A DNA stretch of 54,504 nucleotides from an uncultured bacterium (lineage in GTDB: Bacteria > Pseudomonadota > Gammaproteobacteria > Ga0077536). Both the position numbers and the translations under genes were made by a program. Below, one piece after another: positions 35,872 through 44,907 of this stretch (position 1 is the stretch's first letter; the number at the start of each line of letters is the position of its first letter). The DNA lies in NCBI GenBank assembly GCA_964012875.1, contig CAXGUU010000001.1, positions 1-54,504 on the forward strand. Reading direction: 5' to 3'. The notes under the pieces are model-generated. The model was not told where the DNA came from. It worked only from the letters and a program-made list of their open reading frames with translations, and made no database searches.

Positions 35872-38265
35872 ATGACTGCTTCCGGGCAGACGCGCCAGCA
35901 TGGCTACTGCGCGCTGTGCTGGTCGAGTTGCGGGTGCATATCGGTTGTTGAAGACGGCAAGCTGATTGCCGTCGAACCCGATCCTGGCCACCCGACCGGC
36001 GAAGCCTTATGCGGTAAGGGATTGGCTGCGCGGGACTATGTTTACAGCGAGGCGCGTCAGCTCTATCCGATGAAGCGCACGCGCCCGAAGGGTGATCCTG
36101 ATCCGGGCTGGCAACGCATCAGCTGGGATGAGGCGCTGGATACGGCAGCAGCCGAAATCAGACGCATTGTGGAAGCAAGCGGTAGCGAATCGGTCGCGTT
36201 CAGCCTAACAACCAGCGCCGGCACTGCCATGCAGGACAGCGCGCCGTTCGTCGAACGTCTACGCCATGCTGTCGGTAGCCCGAACGAGATCGCATCGATC
36301 GAACTCTGCGATTTCTCAAAAGACTTCGTTTATCCGCACACCTTCGGTACGCCGATGCCCATCAGCGAAGTTGAAAACGGCGACTGCATCATTCTCTGGG
36401 GACACAACCCCAGTTCTACCTGGCTCGCCTTCGCCCGGCGTGTGACCCAAGCGCTCAGGCGCGGGGTGAAACTGATCGTCATGGACCCGGTACGTGTCGG
36501 GTTCGCGGCCAAGGCTGATCAATGGTTGCGAGTACGCCCTGGCAGCGACGGTGCGCTGGCCTTGTCGCTAGCGCATGTGATGATCGAGGAAGAGCTGTTC
36601 GATCGAGACTTTGTTTCAACCTGGAGTAATGGCCCGTTTCTCATCCGCGATGACACAGATGCGATGCTGACTGCCGCCGATTTATACGAAGGCGGTGACG
36701 AATCCGCGCGAGTTGCCTGGCATACCGCTGCGAACGCTGCCGTTCTGTACGATGTTGCCGCCGGGGCCTATGTCGACAATGTTGAACCGCAGGCGTTGCA
36801 GCTTCGTGGCGCGGTGACCGTTGATACGCTGACGGGCGCAGTGACCTGTCGCCCTGCTTTTGACGCCTATGCAAACCTGTGCGCTGAGTATGCCCCGGAG
36901 CGTGCGGCGGAAATCGCTTGGATCGAGGCCCCACAGATTCGTGAAACCGCACGCTTGATCGGAAGCAGTCAGGCGGTGTCCTGCCACGCCTGGGCGGGTC
37001 TCGAAATGCATTCGAATACCAGTCAGACGGGCCGAGCGATCGCTTGCTTGTATGCTTTGACCGGCTGTTTCGATGCGCCCGGTGGCAATGTAATACTCAA
37101 CCCCGTTCCGGCGAACACCATCTGGGGGCAGGAATTGATGCCGGCCGGGATGACGGCAAAACCGGTCGGGCTGGAAGAGCGACCGCTTGGTCCTGAGTCG
37201 ATTTTTGGTTGGATAACAATCGACGGATTCTACAAAGCCGTGCTTGAGAGAAAACCCTACGGCATCAACGCATTAGTCAGCTTCGGTCTGAATATGTTGG
37301 TGTCACACGCTGATGGTGAACGTGGCAAACGGGCGCTGGAGGCGCTCGATTTCATGGTGCACGCCGACTTGTTCATGACGCCAACCGCTCAAAACGCGGA
37401 TATTTTTTTGCCGGTCAACACGCCGTGGGAACGCGAGGCCATGAAGACGGATTTTTATGCCGACCAGGCCGCCACCTCGCACGTGCAGTTGCGCCAGAAG
37501 GTAATTGAGCCCTTAGGCGAAAGTCAGTCTGATGCCTGGATTGCGATGGAACTTGGCAAGCGGCTGGGGTATGGCGATGCATTCTGGGATGGCGACTTAG
37601 ATGCTGCCAGACGGCAGGTGCTGGAACCCAGTGGTATAGATCTCGAGCAACTGCGCGCAGCGCCTGCAGGTATCAATCTGGGGTTGGAATCGCGCTACCG
37701 CAAATACACCGAAGAAATGGACGGACATCCTGTGGGATTCGGAACGCCCAGCAAACGCGTAGAGTTGTATTCCGAGACGCTTCACGCCAATGGCTACGAC
37801 CCGCTGCCACGCTACCTCGAGCCCGCAGTTGGCCCCTATTCGCGGCCGGATCTGGCGAAGGATTTTCCCCTGGTCCTGACCGATACGAAGACACCGCATT
37901 TCATTCATAGCCAGTACCGGCACGTTGCACGCCTGCGTCGCCATGAACGCGAGCCGCGCATCGAGATGCATCCTGAAACTGCCGAAGCACGGGGTATCAA
38001 TGAAGGGGATTGGGTCAACGTCCGGACACCGCATGCGGGCGCTCGCATGGTCGCGCGTTTTGCACCGGCGATGGATCGCAGGGTCGTGCGCGCGACAGCC
38101 GGTTGGTGGCAACCGTGTGATGGACTTTCGGTGCCGGGCTACGATGCCGAAAGTGACGAAGGTGCGAACTACAATCGCATGATAAGTAATGAACACGCCG
38201 ACCCGGTCGGCGGTTGCACCGCGAACAAGTCGTACCTGTGTGAAGTTACGCCCGCCGACAGCTAA
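35872..38265 (+). CDS. Molybdopterin (bis-MGD) oxidoreductase, DMSO-reductase superfamily, with N-terminal Fe-S Cys cluster
   Basis: 797 aa with CALCWSSCGC...C near the N-terminus, the right length and the C-terminal barrel pattern. Substrate unknown. Confidence 0.85.
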   Translation: MTASGQTRQHGYCALCWSSCGCISVVEDGKLIAVEPDPGHPTGEALCGKGLAARDYVYSEARQLYPMKRTRPKGDPDPGWQRISWDEALDTAAAEIRRIVEASGSESVAFSLTTSAGTAMQDSAPFVERLRHAVGSPNEIASIELCDFSKDFVYPHTFGTPMPISEVENGDCIILWGHNPSSTWLAFARRVTQALRRGVKLIVMDPVRVGFAAKADQWLRVRPGSDGALALSLAHVMIEEELFDRDFVSTWSNGPFLIRDDTDAMLTAADLYEGGDESARVAWHTAANAAVLYDVAAGAYVDNVEPQALQLRGAVTVDTLTGAVTCRPAFDAYANLCAEYAPERAAEIAWIEAPQIRETARLIGSSQAVSCHAWAGLEMHSNTSQTGRAIACLYALTGCFDAPGGNVILNPVPANTIWGQELMPAGMTAKPVGLEERPLGPESIFGWITIDGFYKAVLERKPYGINALVSFGLNMLVSHADGERGKRALEALDFMVHADLFMTPTAQNADIFLPVNTPWEREAMKTDFYADQAATSHVQLRQKVIEPLGESQSDAWIAMELGKRLGYGDAFWDGDLDAARRQVLEPSGIDLEQLRAAPAGINLGLESRYRKYTEEMDGHPVGFGTPSKRVELYSETLHANGYDPLPRYLEPAVGPYSRPDLAKDFPLVLTDTKTPHFIHSQYRHVARLRRHEREPRIEMHPETAEARGINEGDWVNVRTPHAGARMVARFAPAMDRRVVRATAGWWQPCDGLSVPGYDAESDEGANYNRMISNEHADPVGGCTANKSYLCEVTPADS

Positions 38266-38295
38266 GCCGCGTCGGGTGCCCGGCATCAGCGAGCA

Positions 38296-39090
38296 ATGAG
38301 TTCAACCACGACCAACGAAGGCGATATGCCGACGGGCTTTTTCATCGTGGCTCGCGAGCCGGGCGCCGAACATCCGGCCTTACCGACCTGGGCCAACCGT
38401 GAAACGGATCCCGCACACCTGGCCGGGCGAGCTGACGGGTCGGTCGTGCTGAGGCCGATAACTTCAGTGCCAGGGGCGTTTCATTTGCTGAACGTCCTTT
38501 CGCGCGAAGAGTGCGAAAGCATTGTCAAACTGACAGAAGGCCTCGGCTATCTCCCCGACGCCGCGGTTTCGTTGCCGCGCTCGGTTCGGCACAACGATAA
38601 CGTCACCTGGGTTGCCGACCAGCAAACCGTCGACCAGTTGTGGCTGCGTTGCGAACCACTGCTGGCTGATCTGGAGCACCAGCATTTTGGTAAGCCGGCG
38701 GTCGGGCTGAATGCGCGTTTTCGTTTTTATCGCTACAGTGTCGGTGATTACTTCAAACCGCATACTGACGGTGCTTGGCCCGGCAGTGCCGTTATCGACG
38801 ACCAGCTCATTACTGATGCCTATGGTGATCGTTACAGCCAGTTGTCGTTCGTTTTGTTTCTCAGTGATGGTTTTGAAGGCGGCCGCACAGAATTCTTTGT
38901 CGACCGCGATCAGCCACAACAGCCAGCACGTGATCCGAACCGGGCGAATATTGTTCAGGTCGGGACGCCCATAGGTGCGGCCATCTGTTTTCCGCACGGA
39001 TTGCATCCGCTTCACTGCCTGCACAGCTCGGAAACCATCACCCACGGTACTAAGTACATCTTTCGCACGGACATCTTGTGCGCGCTATGA
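38296..39090 (+). CDS. 2OG-Fe(II) oxygenase (prolyl-4-hydroxylase-like)
   Basis: RFYRYSVGDYFKPHTDG (HxD) and a distal H (FPHGLHPLH). Confidence 0.75.
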   Translation: MSSTTTNEGDMPTGFFIVAREPGAEHPALPTWANRETDPAHLAGRADGSVVLRPITSVPGAFHLLNVLSREECESIVKLTEGLGYLPDAAVSLPRSVRHNDNVTWVADQQTVDQLWLRCEPLLADLEHQHFGKPAVGLNARFRFYRYSVGDYFKPHTDGAWPGSAVIDDQLITDAYGDRYSQLSFVLFLSDGFEGGRTEFFVDRDQPQQPARDPNRANIVQVGTPIGAAICFPHGLHPLHCLHSSETITHGTKYIFRTDILCAL

Positions 39091-39159
39091 GTTAAGCGGG
39101 GTCGTTTCGCTTACCATGGCGTTTCCCAAACACCCCGTTGCACACTAAATACTTTCCCT

Positions 39160-40452
39160 ATGGCCGGTACGCCGAATCAATCTGCCCCGACAACCACGGC
39201 CATCCGGCGTTGGTACATTGTTGGCGTACTCACGCTGGTCTACATATTTAACTTTATCGATCGCCAGATCATCTCCGTTCTGCAGGAGCCGATGCGAGTC
39301 GAACTGGGCTTGTCTGACACCCAGCTCGGGCTGCTCCAAGGCCTGACCTTCGCCCTGTTTTACGTCGCCATGGGTATTCCGCTGGCGCGCTGGGCCGATG
39401 TTGGCGTGCGCCGCAACGTTGTCGCGCTGGCGGTCGGCACGTGGAGTGTCATGACCGCTCTGTGCGGTGTAGCCCAGAATTTTGTGCACCTGCTCGTCGC
39501 TCGTATCGGTGTCGGCATTGGTGAGGCAGGGGGTAGCCCTCCGTCGCATTCAATCATTTCCGATCTATTTCCGCCGGGGCGCCGGGCCTTACCGCTCGCA
39601 GTGTATTCGAGCGGCATCACTTTTGGCGTATTTGTGGCCTACGTGTTTGGCGCCTGGGTCAGTGACAACTTTGGCTGGCGTATCGTGTTTATCGCGCTCG
39701 GGATTCCCGGCGTGTTGCTGGCATTGTTGGTTCGGTTCACCGTCGGGGAGCCGCCGCGCGGGCAGTTCGACGGGCCTGACGGCGATCGCCATCCGCCGTC
39801 CATGCTGAGTGTCATCAAGCAACTCTTTGCCAGCAAGACGTTCGTACACCTGTCACTTGCAGCTGCTATGCACGCCTTTGTCGGTTATGGCGTGGCGGCT
39901 TTTCTGGTCTCTCACTACGTACGCAGTTTCGCCATACCTGTTGATGACATCAGCCGCGTGGCGCTGCCGCTCGGCTTCATCATTGGCCTCGGTGGCATGG
40001 TGGGCAATTTTATGGGTGGTTACCTGAGTGATCGCATGAGTCCGCGCGATGCGCGCTGGGCGATGTGGATCCCCGCTATCGCGAATGTTCTGACGGTGCC
40101 GTTCGCCGCGGTTGCGATTCTGAGTCGCGACTTTTATTTCTCGCTTGCGATGTATGTGATCCCGCTGACCTTTGCCTACATCTATCTTGGCCCCACGCTG
40201 GCGACAACGCATGCACTGGTGCAGCCGCGGATGCGTGCAATGGCATCGGCAGTGTTGTTTTTTATCGTCAACCTGATTGGGCTCGGTTTCGGGCCGACCA
40301 TGGTGGGCGCAATCAGCGACGCGTTGATTCCAGGCTATGGCACCGATTCGTTGCGTTACGCTATCGTGCTGACATTTCTTTTCAATATCTGGAGCGCTGT
40401 GCATTACTGGTATGCGTCTAAGCATATGCGTACTGAACTCGCCGGGCAGTAA
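39160..40452 (+). CDS. MFS transporter
   Basis: 430 aa with about 12 TM segments and FIDRQ..., GxxADxxGRR-like loop (ARWADVGVRRN). Confidence 0.85.
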   Translation: MAGTPNQSAPTTTAIRRWYIVGVLTLVYIFNFIDRQIISVLQEPMRVELGLSDTQLGLLQGLTFALFYVAMGIPLARWADVGVRRNVVALAVGTWSVMTALCGVAQNFVHLLVARIGVGIGEAGGSPPSHSIISDLFPPGRRALPLAVYSSGITFGVFVAYVFGAWVSDNFGWRIVFIALGIPGVLLALLVRFTVGEPPRGQFDGPDGDRHPPSMLSVIKQLFASKTFVHLSLAAAMHAFVGYGVAAFLVSHYVRSFAIPVDDISRVALPLGFIIGLGGMVGNFMGGYLSDRMSPRDARWAMWIPAIANVLTVPFAAVAILSRDFYFSLAMYVIPLTFAYIYLGPTLATTHALVQPRMRAMASAVLFFIVNLIGLGFGPTMVGAISDALIPGYGTDSLRYAIVLTFLFNIWSAVHYWYASKHMRTELAGQ

Positions 40453-40477
40453 ACGGTTGGCGATCCAGGGATGTTGG

Positions 40478-40966
40478 TCAGCGGCCCTTGAGTAAGCCAC
40501 TTTGTTCATCGATGGGCATGAACTCGTCGGCAGCGTCGATCAACGATTGCGCGGTCAATGCGGGAACGCCGCAAATCGTGACATGAACGCCATGGTCGCG
40601 CTTGATCTTTTCCACCAGCACCTCGAAGTCGCCATCTCCTGACAACAGCATGATCCTGTCTACTTCGCTGGCCGTTTCCAGCACGTCGATGGTGATACCG
40701 ACATCCCAGTCGCCCTTGGCTGAGCCGTCAGCGCGCCGGATGTAGGGTTTTAACCTGACGGTAAACCCTATTTGCCGCAGCGCGTGTTGGAATTTCTGCT
40801 GGCTCTCGTCGCCGCGGTCGGTGGCATAGGCATAGGCCGTCATGACGTCCCCTGAAACCGAAGCCGTCTGCCACAGCCGGCGATAGTCGAACTGACGCCC
40901 GTAAGCCTCTCGCGTGGTGTAGTAGATGTTTTGAACATCGGCGAAGATGGTGAGTTTTGTTGTCAT
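40478..40966 (-). CDS. NYN/LabA-like (DUF88) domain protein
   Basis: MTTKLTIFADVQNIYY...IMLLSGDGDFEVLV. The longer GTG start at 41020 is possible. Confidence 0.75.
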   Translation of the reverse strand: MTTKLTIFADVQNIYYTTREAYGRQFDYRRLWQTASVSGDVMTAYAYATDRGDESQQKFQHALRQIGFTVRLKPYIRRADGSAKGDWDVGITIDVLETASEVDRIMLLSGDGDFEVLVEKIKRDHGVHVTICGVPALTAQSLIDAADEFMPIDEQSGLLKGR

Positions 40967-41069
40967 GCGAAACCGATTTTCAGGCGAATCCCATGGAAGT
41001 TGAGGTCGAGACGTTGGCACGCCCCTGATTTAACACCTTACACTGCCAGCACATGTTGGAGAAAAATCC

Positions 41070-41459
41070 TTGATTCATGGAAGCTGCCTGTGCGGCGATG
41101 TTGCCTACGAAGTGGCCGGAGAATTCTCGAGCGTGCATAACTGCCATTGCTCCCGTTGCCGCAAGGCCTGCGCAGCCGCGCACGCCACCAATGGATTCAC
41201 GGCACTGAAAAATCTTCGGTTTACGCGCGGGCGTGAGCAGATTCGGACCCACCACCTCGCAGACGCGAAATTTTTCTCACAGGCGTTCTGCCGGCGATGT
41301 GGATCGGCAATGCCGCAGTTCCTGGATTCGATCGATGTCGCCATGGTGCCTTTTGGCTCGCTTGATGACGATCCGAGCCGAAGTGCCGACGATCACATCT
41401 ACGTCGGATCGAAATCGACCTGGTACCCGATTACGGACACACTGCCTCAGAAAGAATAA
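41070..41459 (+). CDS. GFA (glutathione-dependent formaldehyde-activating / CENP-V) family protein
   Basis: GSCLCGDVAYEV...CHCSRCRK Zn-binding Cys pattern. TTG start. Confidence 0.8.
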   Translation: MIHGSCLCGDVAYEVAGEFSSVHNCHCSRCRKACAAAHATNGFTALKNLRFTRGREQIRTHHLADAKFFSQAFCRRCGSAMPQFLDSIDVAMVPFGSLDDDPSRSADDHIYVGSKSTWYPITDTLPQKE

Positions 41460-41491
41460 ACAGGAGCTACAGTCCCCAGGGAGAGGGACTC

Positions 41492-41899
41492 ATGATTCAA
41501 CGCAGCAATCCTGACGTCGGCTACCTTGCCGATGATGTTTTCGAAGCCTGCGCCTTTACACAATCCATCAGGACGAGCAGTCATCTGTATCTGTCCGGCA
41601 TCGCGCCATTGCGCGGGCCCAATGACAACGTCGAGCTGGTCGGCGCCGGCGATATCAGGGCGCAGGTCAGTTTCTGCCCCGAGGTCCTGCAGGCTTGTCT
41701 GGCCGCGGAGGACGTGAGCCTTGAACGTTGGGTTGCTCACACGGTCTACGGCACCGACATGAACGAACTACACAAGACTGCCGACATTTTTGTCGATGTC
41801 TTCGCCGATCACCCGCCAACCAGCACCTGGGTTGAGATTAAAGGACTCTTTGTCCCGGGGCAGATGGTCGAAATTACCGGTTTTGCCGTACTCGACTGA
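41492..41899 (+). CDS. RidA/YjgF family protein
   Basis: 135 aa with ...HLYLSGI... and a C-terminal ...VEITGFAVL pattern. Confidence 0.75.
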   Translation: MIQRSNPDVGYLADDVFEACAFTQSIRTSSHLYLSGIAPLRGPNDNVELVGAGDIRAQVSFCPEVLQACLAAEDVSLERWVAHTVYGTDMNELHKTADIFVDVFADHPPTSTWVEIKGLFVPGQMVEITGFAVLD

Positions 41900-41908
41900 G
41901 CCGCCGAA

Positions 41909-42844
41909 TCAACCCGACAACTTGTCGTCCGGCAACGGGATGTCGTAGTACGGTCGTCCGACCGCGTCGGCGTCGGCGATGCGCAGCCGCTGCAATTGGG
42001 CATCGCGTTCGCGCAAACCGCCGTAAATATCGCCGGCGCTGTCGCCGGCCGTGCCGTTCAGAAATTCATTGGGATCCTGATGGTCAACGAAGCCCAGGGC
42101 CGCCGTTCCCAATGCGTAGCCCATCAATTCCTGAACTTTTTTCGGGAGTTTGCGGGCTTCTTCTAGGGGTACGGCGAGGTATTGGTTTTCTTCCTGCCGC
42201 AGCCAACCGAGCGAGTAGTGTAGGGCTAGGCCGTAGCGCGCGCTGTCGGCGCGATTCTCGCCGCCGCCATGAAACGTGCTGCCGACATACAGCAGTACTG
42301 AACCTGCCGGCATTTCAGCGACGACAATTTCTTCGGCCGTGGGCGCGCGTTCGTCGGTCCAGTGCCGCGAGCCGGGAACCAGGCGTGTCGCCCCGTTCTC
42401 AGCAGTGAAATCCGTTAGAGCCCACATGCTGGCGAGTAACATCGGCGGCGCCGGATTCTGAATCGGATAAAAACCCGCATCACGATGCAGGGCCTGGGCG
42501 GTTTCGCCCGGCTCGATATACATGACGCCGGTGTAGTTGACCTGGTAGCGCGCGCAGTAGGGCAGCAACAGCAAATCAGCGACTGACAGTACCAAGGGTT
42601 CGGTCAGCAGCGCCTGCACTGCAGTTGAGCGCATCAGCAAACGGCCGAAGCGCCGGGTCAGCACGCCCATCATGCTTTCGAACCCGGGCTCGCGCGCATC
42701 AATGTGCGGTTGCAGCTCGCGGGTGACCCTGGCGATCAGGTCTGGTGCTGCCAGGTTTTCGATGATGACGTAGCCGTCACGTTCCAGGGCCAGGACGATG
42801 TCCGCCGCGGTATCGCTGGGTTTAAACCGATTAAGAGATATCAC
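41909..42844 (-). CDS. Phytanoyl-CoA dioxygenase (PhyH) family Fe(II)/2OG oxygenase
   Basis: 311 aa. QALHRDAGF (HxD) ...TFHGGGEN. GTG start overlaps the hyuA stop (GTGA). Confidence 0.8.
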   Translation of the reverse strand: MISLNRFKPSDTAADIVLALERDGYVIIENLAAPDLIARVTRELQPHIDAREPGFESMMGVLTRRFGRLLMRSTAVQALLTEPLVLSVADLLLLPYCARYQVNYTGVMYIEPGETAQALHRDAGFYPIQNPAPPMLLASMWALTDFTAENGATRLVPGSRHWTDERAPTAEEIVVAEMPAGSVLLYVGSTFHGGGENRADSARYGLALHYSLGWLRQEENQYLAVPLEEARKLPKKVQELMGYALGTAALGFVDHQDPNEFLNGTAGDSAGDIYGGLRERDAQLQRLRIADADAVGRPYYDIPLPDDKLSG

Positions 42845-44907
42845 AACGCGATATTAATCAGCGAGCTGCCGTCAGCCTGAACAACAAGCACGTCTTCGGG
42901 GTTTACAACCACAGTCGTCGTCGGGAATTCAACGATGGCCGGACCCACAATGCGATCACCCACCGCAAGTTCCGTGCCCTGGTAGATATCCGTCATGCAC
43001 TCATCATCGACCGCCGCCATGTAGGCGGGCCGGCGCCCCGAGGGTTTCACGTCGCCTTTTGAGTCGCGTGCGATACGGCCCTTCGGCGCAGCACGGCTGC
43101 CGGTCGCTGAGAGGCGCCAGTGCAGACATTCAATGGGTTGGTCGCGCATCGAGTAGGTGAAGCGCTTTTCGTGCTCTGCGTGAAAATCGTCTTCAAGTTT
43201 GCGCAGAAAAGCATCATCGATAGGCCCGTCCGGCAGCGGCACAGTCAGATTATGGACCTGCCCCGGGTAACGCCCCTCAACGTGACGCAGAAACCGAATT
43301 TCGTCGGCTTTGAAACCGTCCCCTTCGAGCTGGGCCTGGCCTTCCTGGATTAAATCTTCGAACACTGCCTCGATCTGTTTGCCGACGCCGTCGGCATTCG
43401 AGTGGCAATGAGACAGGCGCACATAATCGTGGCGCACCGGGGTGACCGCCATGCCAAAGGCGCAAAGCCCGCCCGCTGAACTGGGTACCAGCACTTCACT
43501 GATGCGCAGCATGCGTGCGAGTTCCGCCGCATGGAGCCCGCCGGCGCCGCCTCCGGCAACCATGACGTAATCGCGTGGATCGATACCGCGTTCAATCGAA
43601 ACCGCGCGAATCGCTGTTGCCATATTCGAATTGACGATGGTGATGATGCCGGCTGCTGCCGCTTTGACGCTGAGGTCCAGGGGCTTGGCGACATGGTTTT
43701 CAATCGCGGTTACTGCCAGTTCGGTGTCCAGCGATCGGCGGCCGCCGAGAAACGCGCCTGCCGCCATGCGTCCGCTGACGAGATTGGCGTCGGTCACCGC
43801 TGGTTGTTCGCCGCCGCGCCCGTAGCAGGCGGGCCCGGGTTGTGAGCCCGCGCTTTGCGGGCCGACGCGCAATGAGTTGCCGCTGTCGATCCAGGCGATA
43901 GAGCCGCCGCCCGCGCCAACCGACAGTACTTCGACGCCATTGACGCCAATCGGCTGGTTGGCAACCTGAATGTCGCTGGACATTACCGCTTCGCCGTCGC
44001 GCAGCAGGCACACATCGAAGCTGGTACCACCCATGTCGACCACGATCAGTTTGTCCGGGGCCTTGGTCGTGGCGGCGTAATGTGCGCCCGCGGCAGGGCC
44101 TGCTGCGGGGCCTGAAGCGACCGCGTTCACTGGCCGGGCCAGTAATTCAGGTACACCGGCGCAACCGCCATTGACCTGCATGATGAGCGGACGGTGTGGC
44201 AGGCCGCCAGCCTGCATTGCAGACTCGAAGGCACGCAGGTAGTTGCTGATAATCGGCGCAATATAAGCACTCAGAATGGTTGAGGAGGTGCGTTCCCATT
44301 CGCGAATTTCCGGCAGGATGTCTGCCGAACAGACGACGTCGACATCCGGCAGTTCTTCGCGCAGGATTTCGGCAGTCCGGTGTTCGTGGCTGGCATCGAC
44401 GATTGACCACAGGTAGGCAACGGCGATGGCCTTGACGCCGTGCTGTTTCAATTCAGCCGCGGCCGTCCGGACCGCATCTTCGTCCAGCGGTTTCACTTCA
44501 GAACCATCAACGGCCGTGCGTTGCGGAATGCCTAGGCGCAGGTAGCGCGGAACAAAATCTTTGGGCTTTTGCAGATGCACGTTGAAGCGCTCCGGCTTGG
44601 CGCCTTTGCCGAGGTGGATGACGTCGCGAAAGCCTTCGGTACAGAGTAATCCAATCACCGGGCCGTTGCGCTGAATCAGCGCATTGGTCGCCATGGTCTG
44701 ACCGTGAACCAGAAATTCCGTCGTTTCCAGCAGTTGTTCTACCGGCGTTTCGATCTCAGATGCAATGCCGGCGAGACCCCGGGTAATGGCGCGCAGCGGC
44801 TCATCCGGTGTCGAATCTTCCTTGTAAACCAGGAACTGCCCGTTGTCCTGCAGTAAAACAACGTCGGTAAAGGTGCCGCCGATATCAATCCCGATTCGGT
44901 TACCCAT
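42841..44907 (-). CDS. Hydantoinase/oxoprolinase A-type subunit (HyuA family)
   Basis: Trimmed to ATG 44907 (MGNRIGIDIGGTFTDVV). 8-nt overlap with the hyuB stop. Confidence 0.9.
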   Translation of the reverse strand: MGNRIGIDIGGTFTDVVLLQDNGQFLVYKEDSTPDEPLRAITRGLAGIASEIETPVEQLLETTEFLVHGQTMATNALIQRNGPVIGLLCTEGFRDVIHLGKGAKPERFNVHLQKPKDFVPRYLRLGIPQRTAVDGSEVKPLDEDAVRTAAAELKQHGVKAIAVAYLWSIVDASHEHRTAEILREELPDVDVVCSADILPEIREWERTSSTILSAYIAPIISNYLRAFESAMQAGGLPHRPLIMQVNGGCAGVPELLARPVNAVASGPAAGPAAGAHYAATTKAPDKLIVVDMGGTSFDVCLLRDGEAVMSSDIQVANQPIGVNGVEVLSVGAGGGSIAWIDSGNSLRVGPQSAGSQPGPACYGRGGEQPAVTDANLVSGRMAAGAFLGGRRSLDTELAVTAIENHVAKPLDLSVKAAAAGIITIVNSNMATAIRAVSIERGIDPRDYVMVAGGGAGGLHAAELARMLRISEVLVPSSAGGLCAFGMAVTPVRHDYVRLSHCHSNADGVGKQIEAVFEDLIQEGQAQLEGDGFKADEIRFLRHVEGRYPGQVHNLTVPLPDGPIDDAFLRKLEDDFHAEHEKRFTYSMRDQPIECLHWRLSATGSRAAPKGRIARDSKGDVKPSGRRPAYMAAVDDECMTDIYQGTELAVGDRIVGPAIVEFPTTTVVVNPEDVLVVQADGSSLINIAL

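Noticed and set aside
40338-40354. Sigma-54-like TGGCAC...TTGC
   Set aside because: The GG-to-GC spacing is 14 nt rather than the 12 nt I calculated from the TGGCACG-N4-TTGC consensus. The site is also inside the MFS coding sequence.
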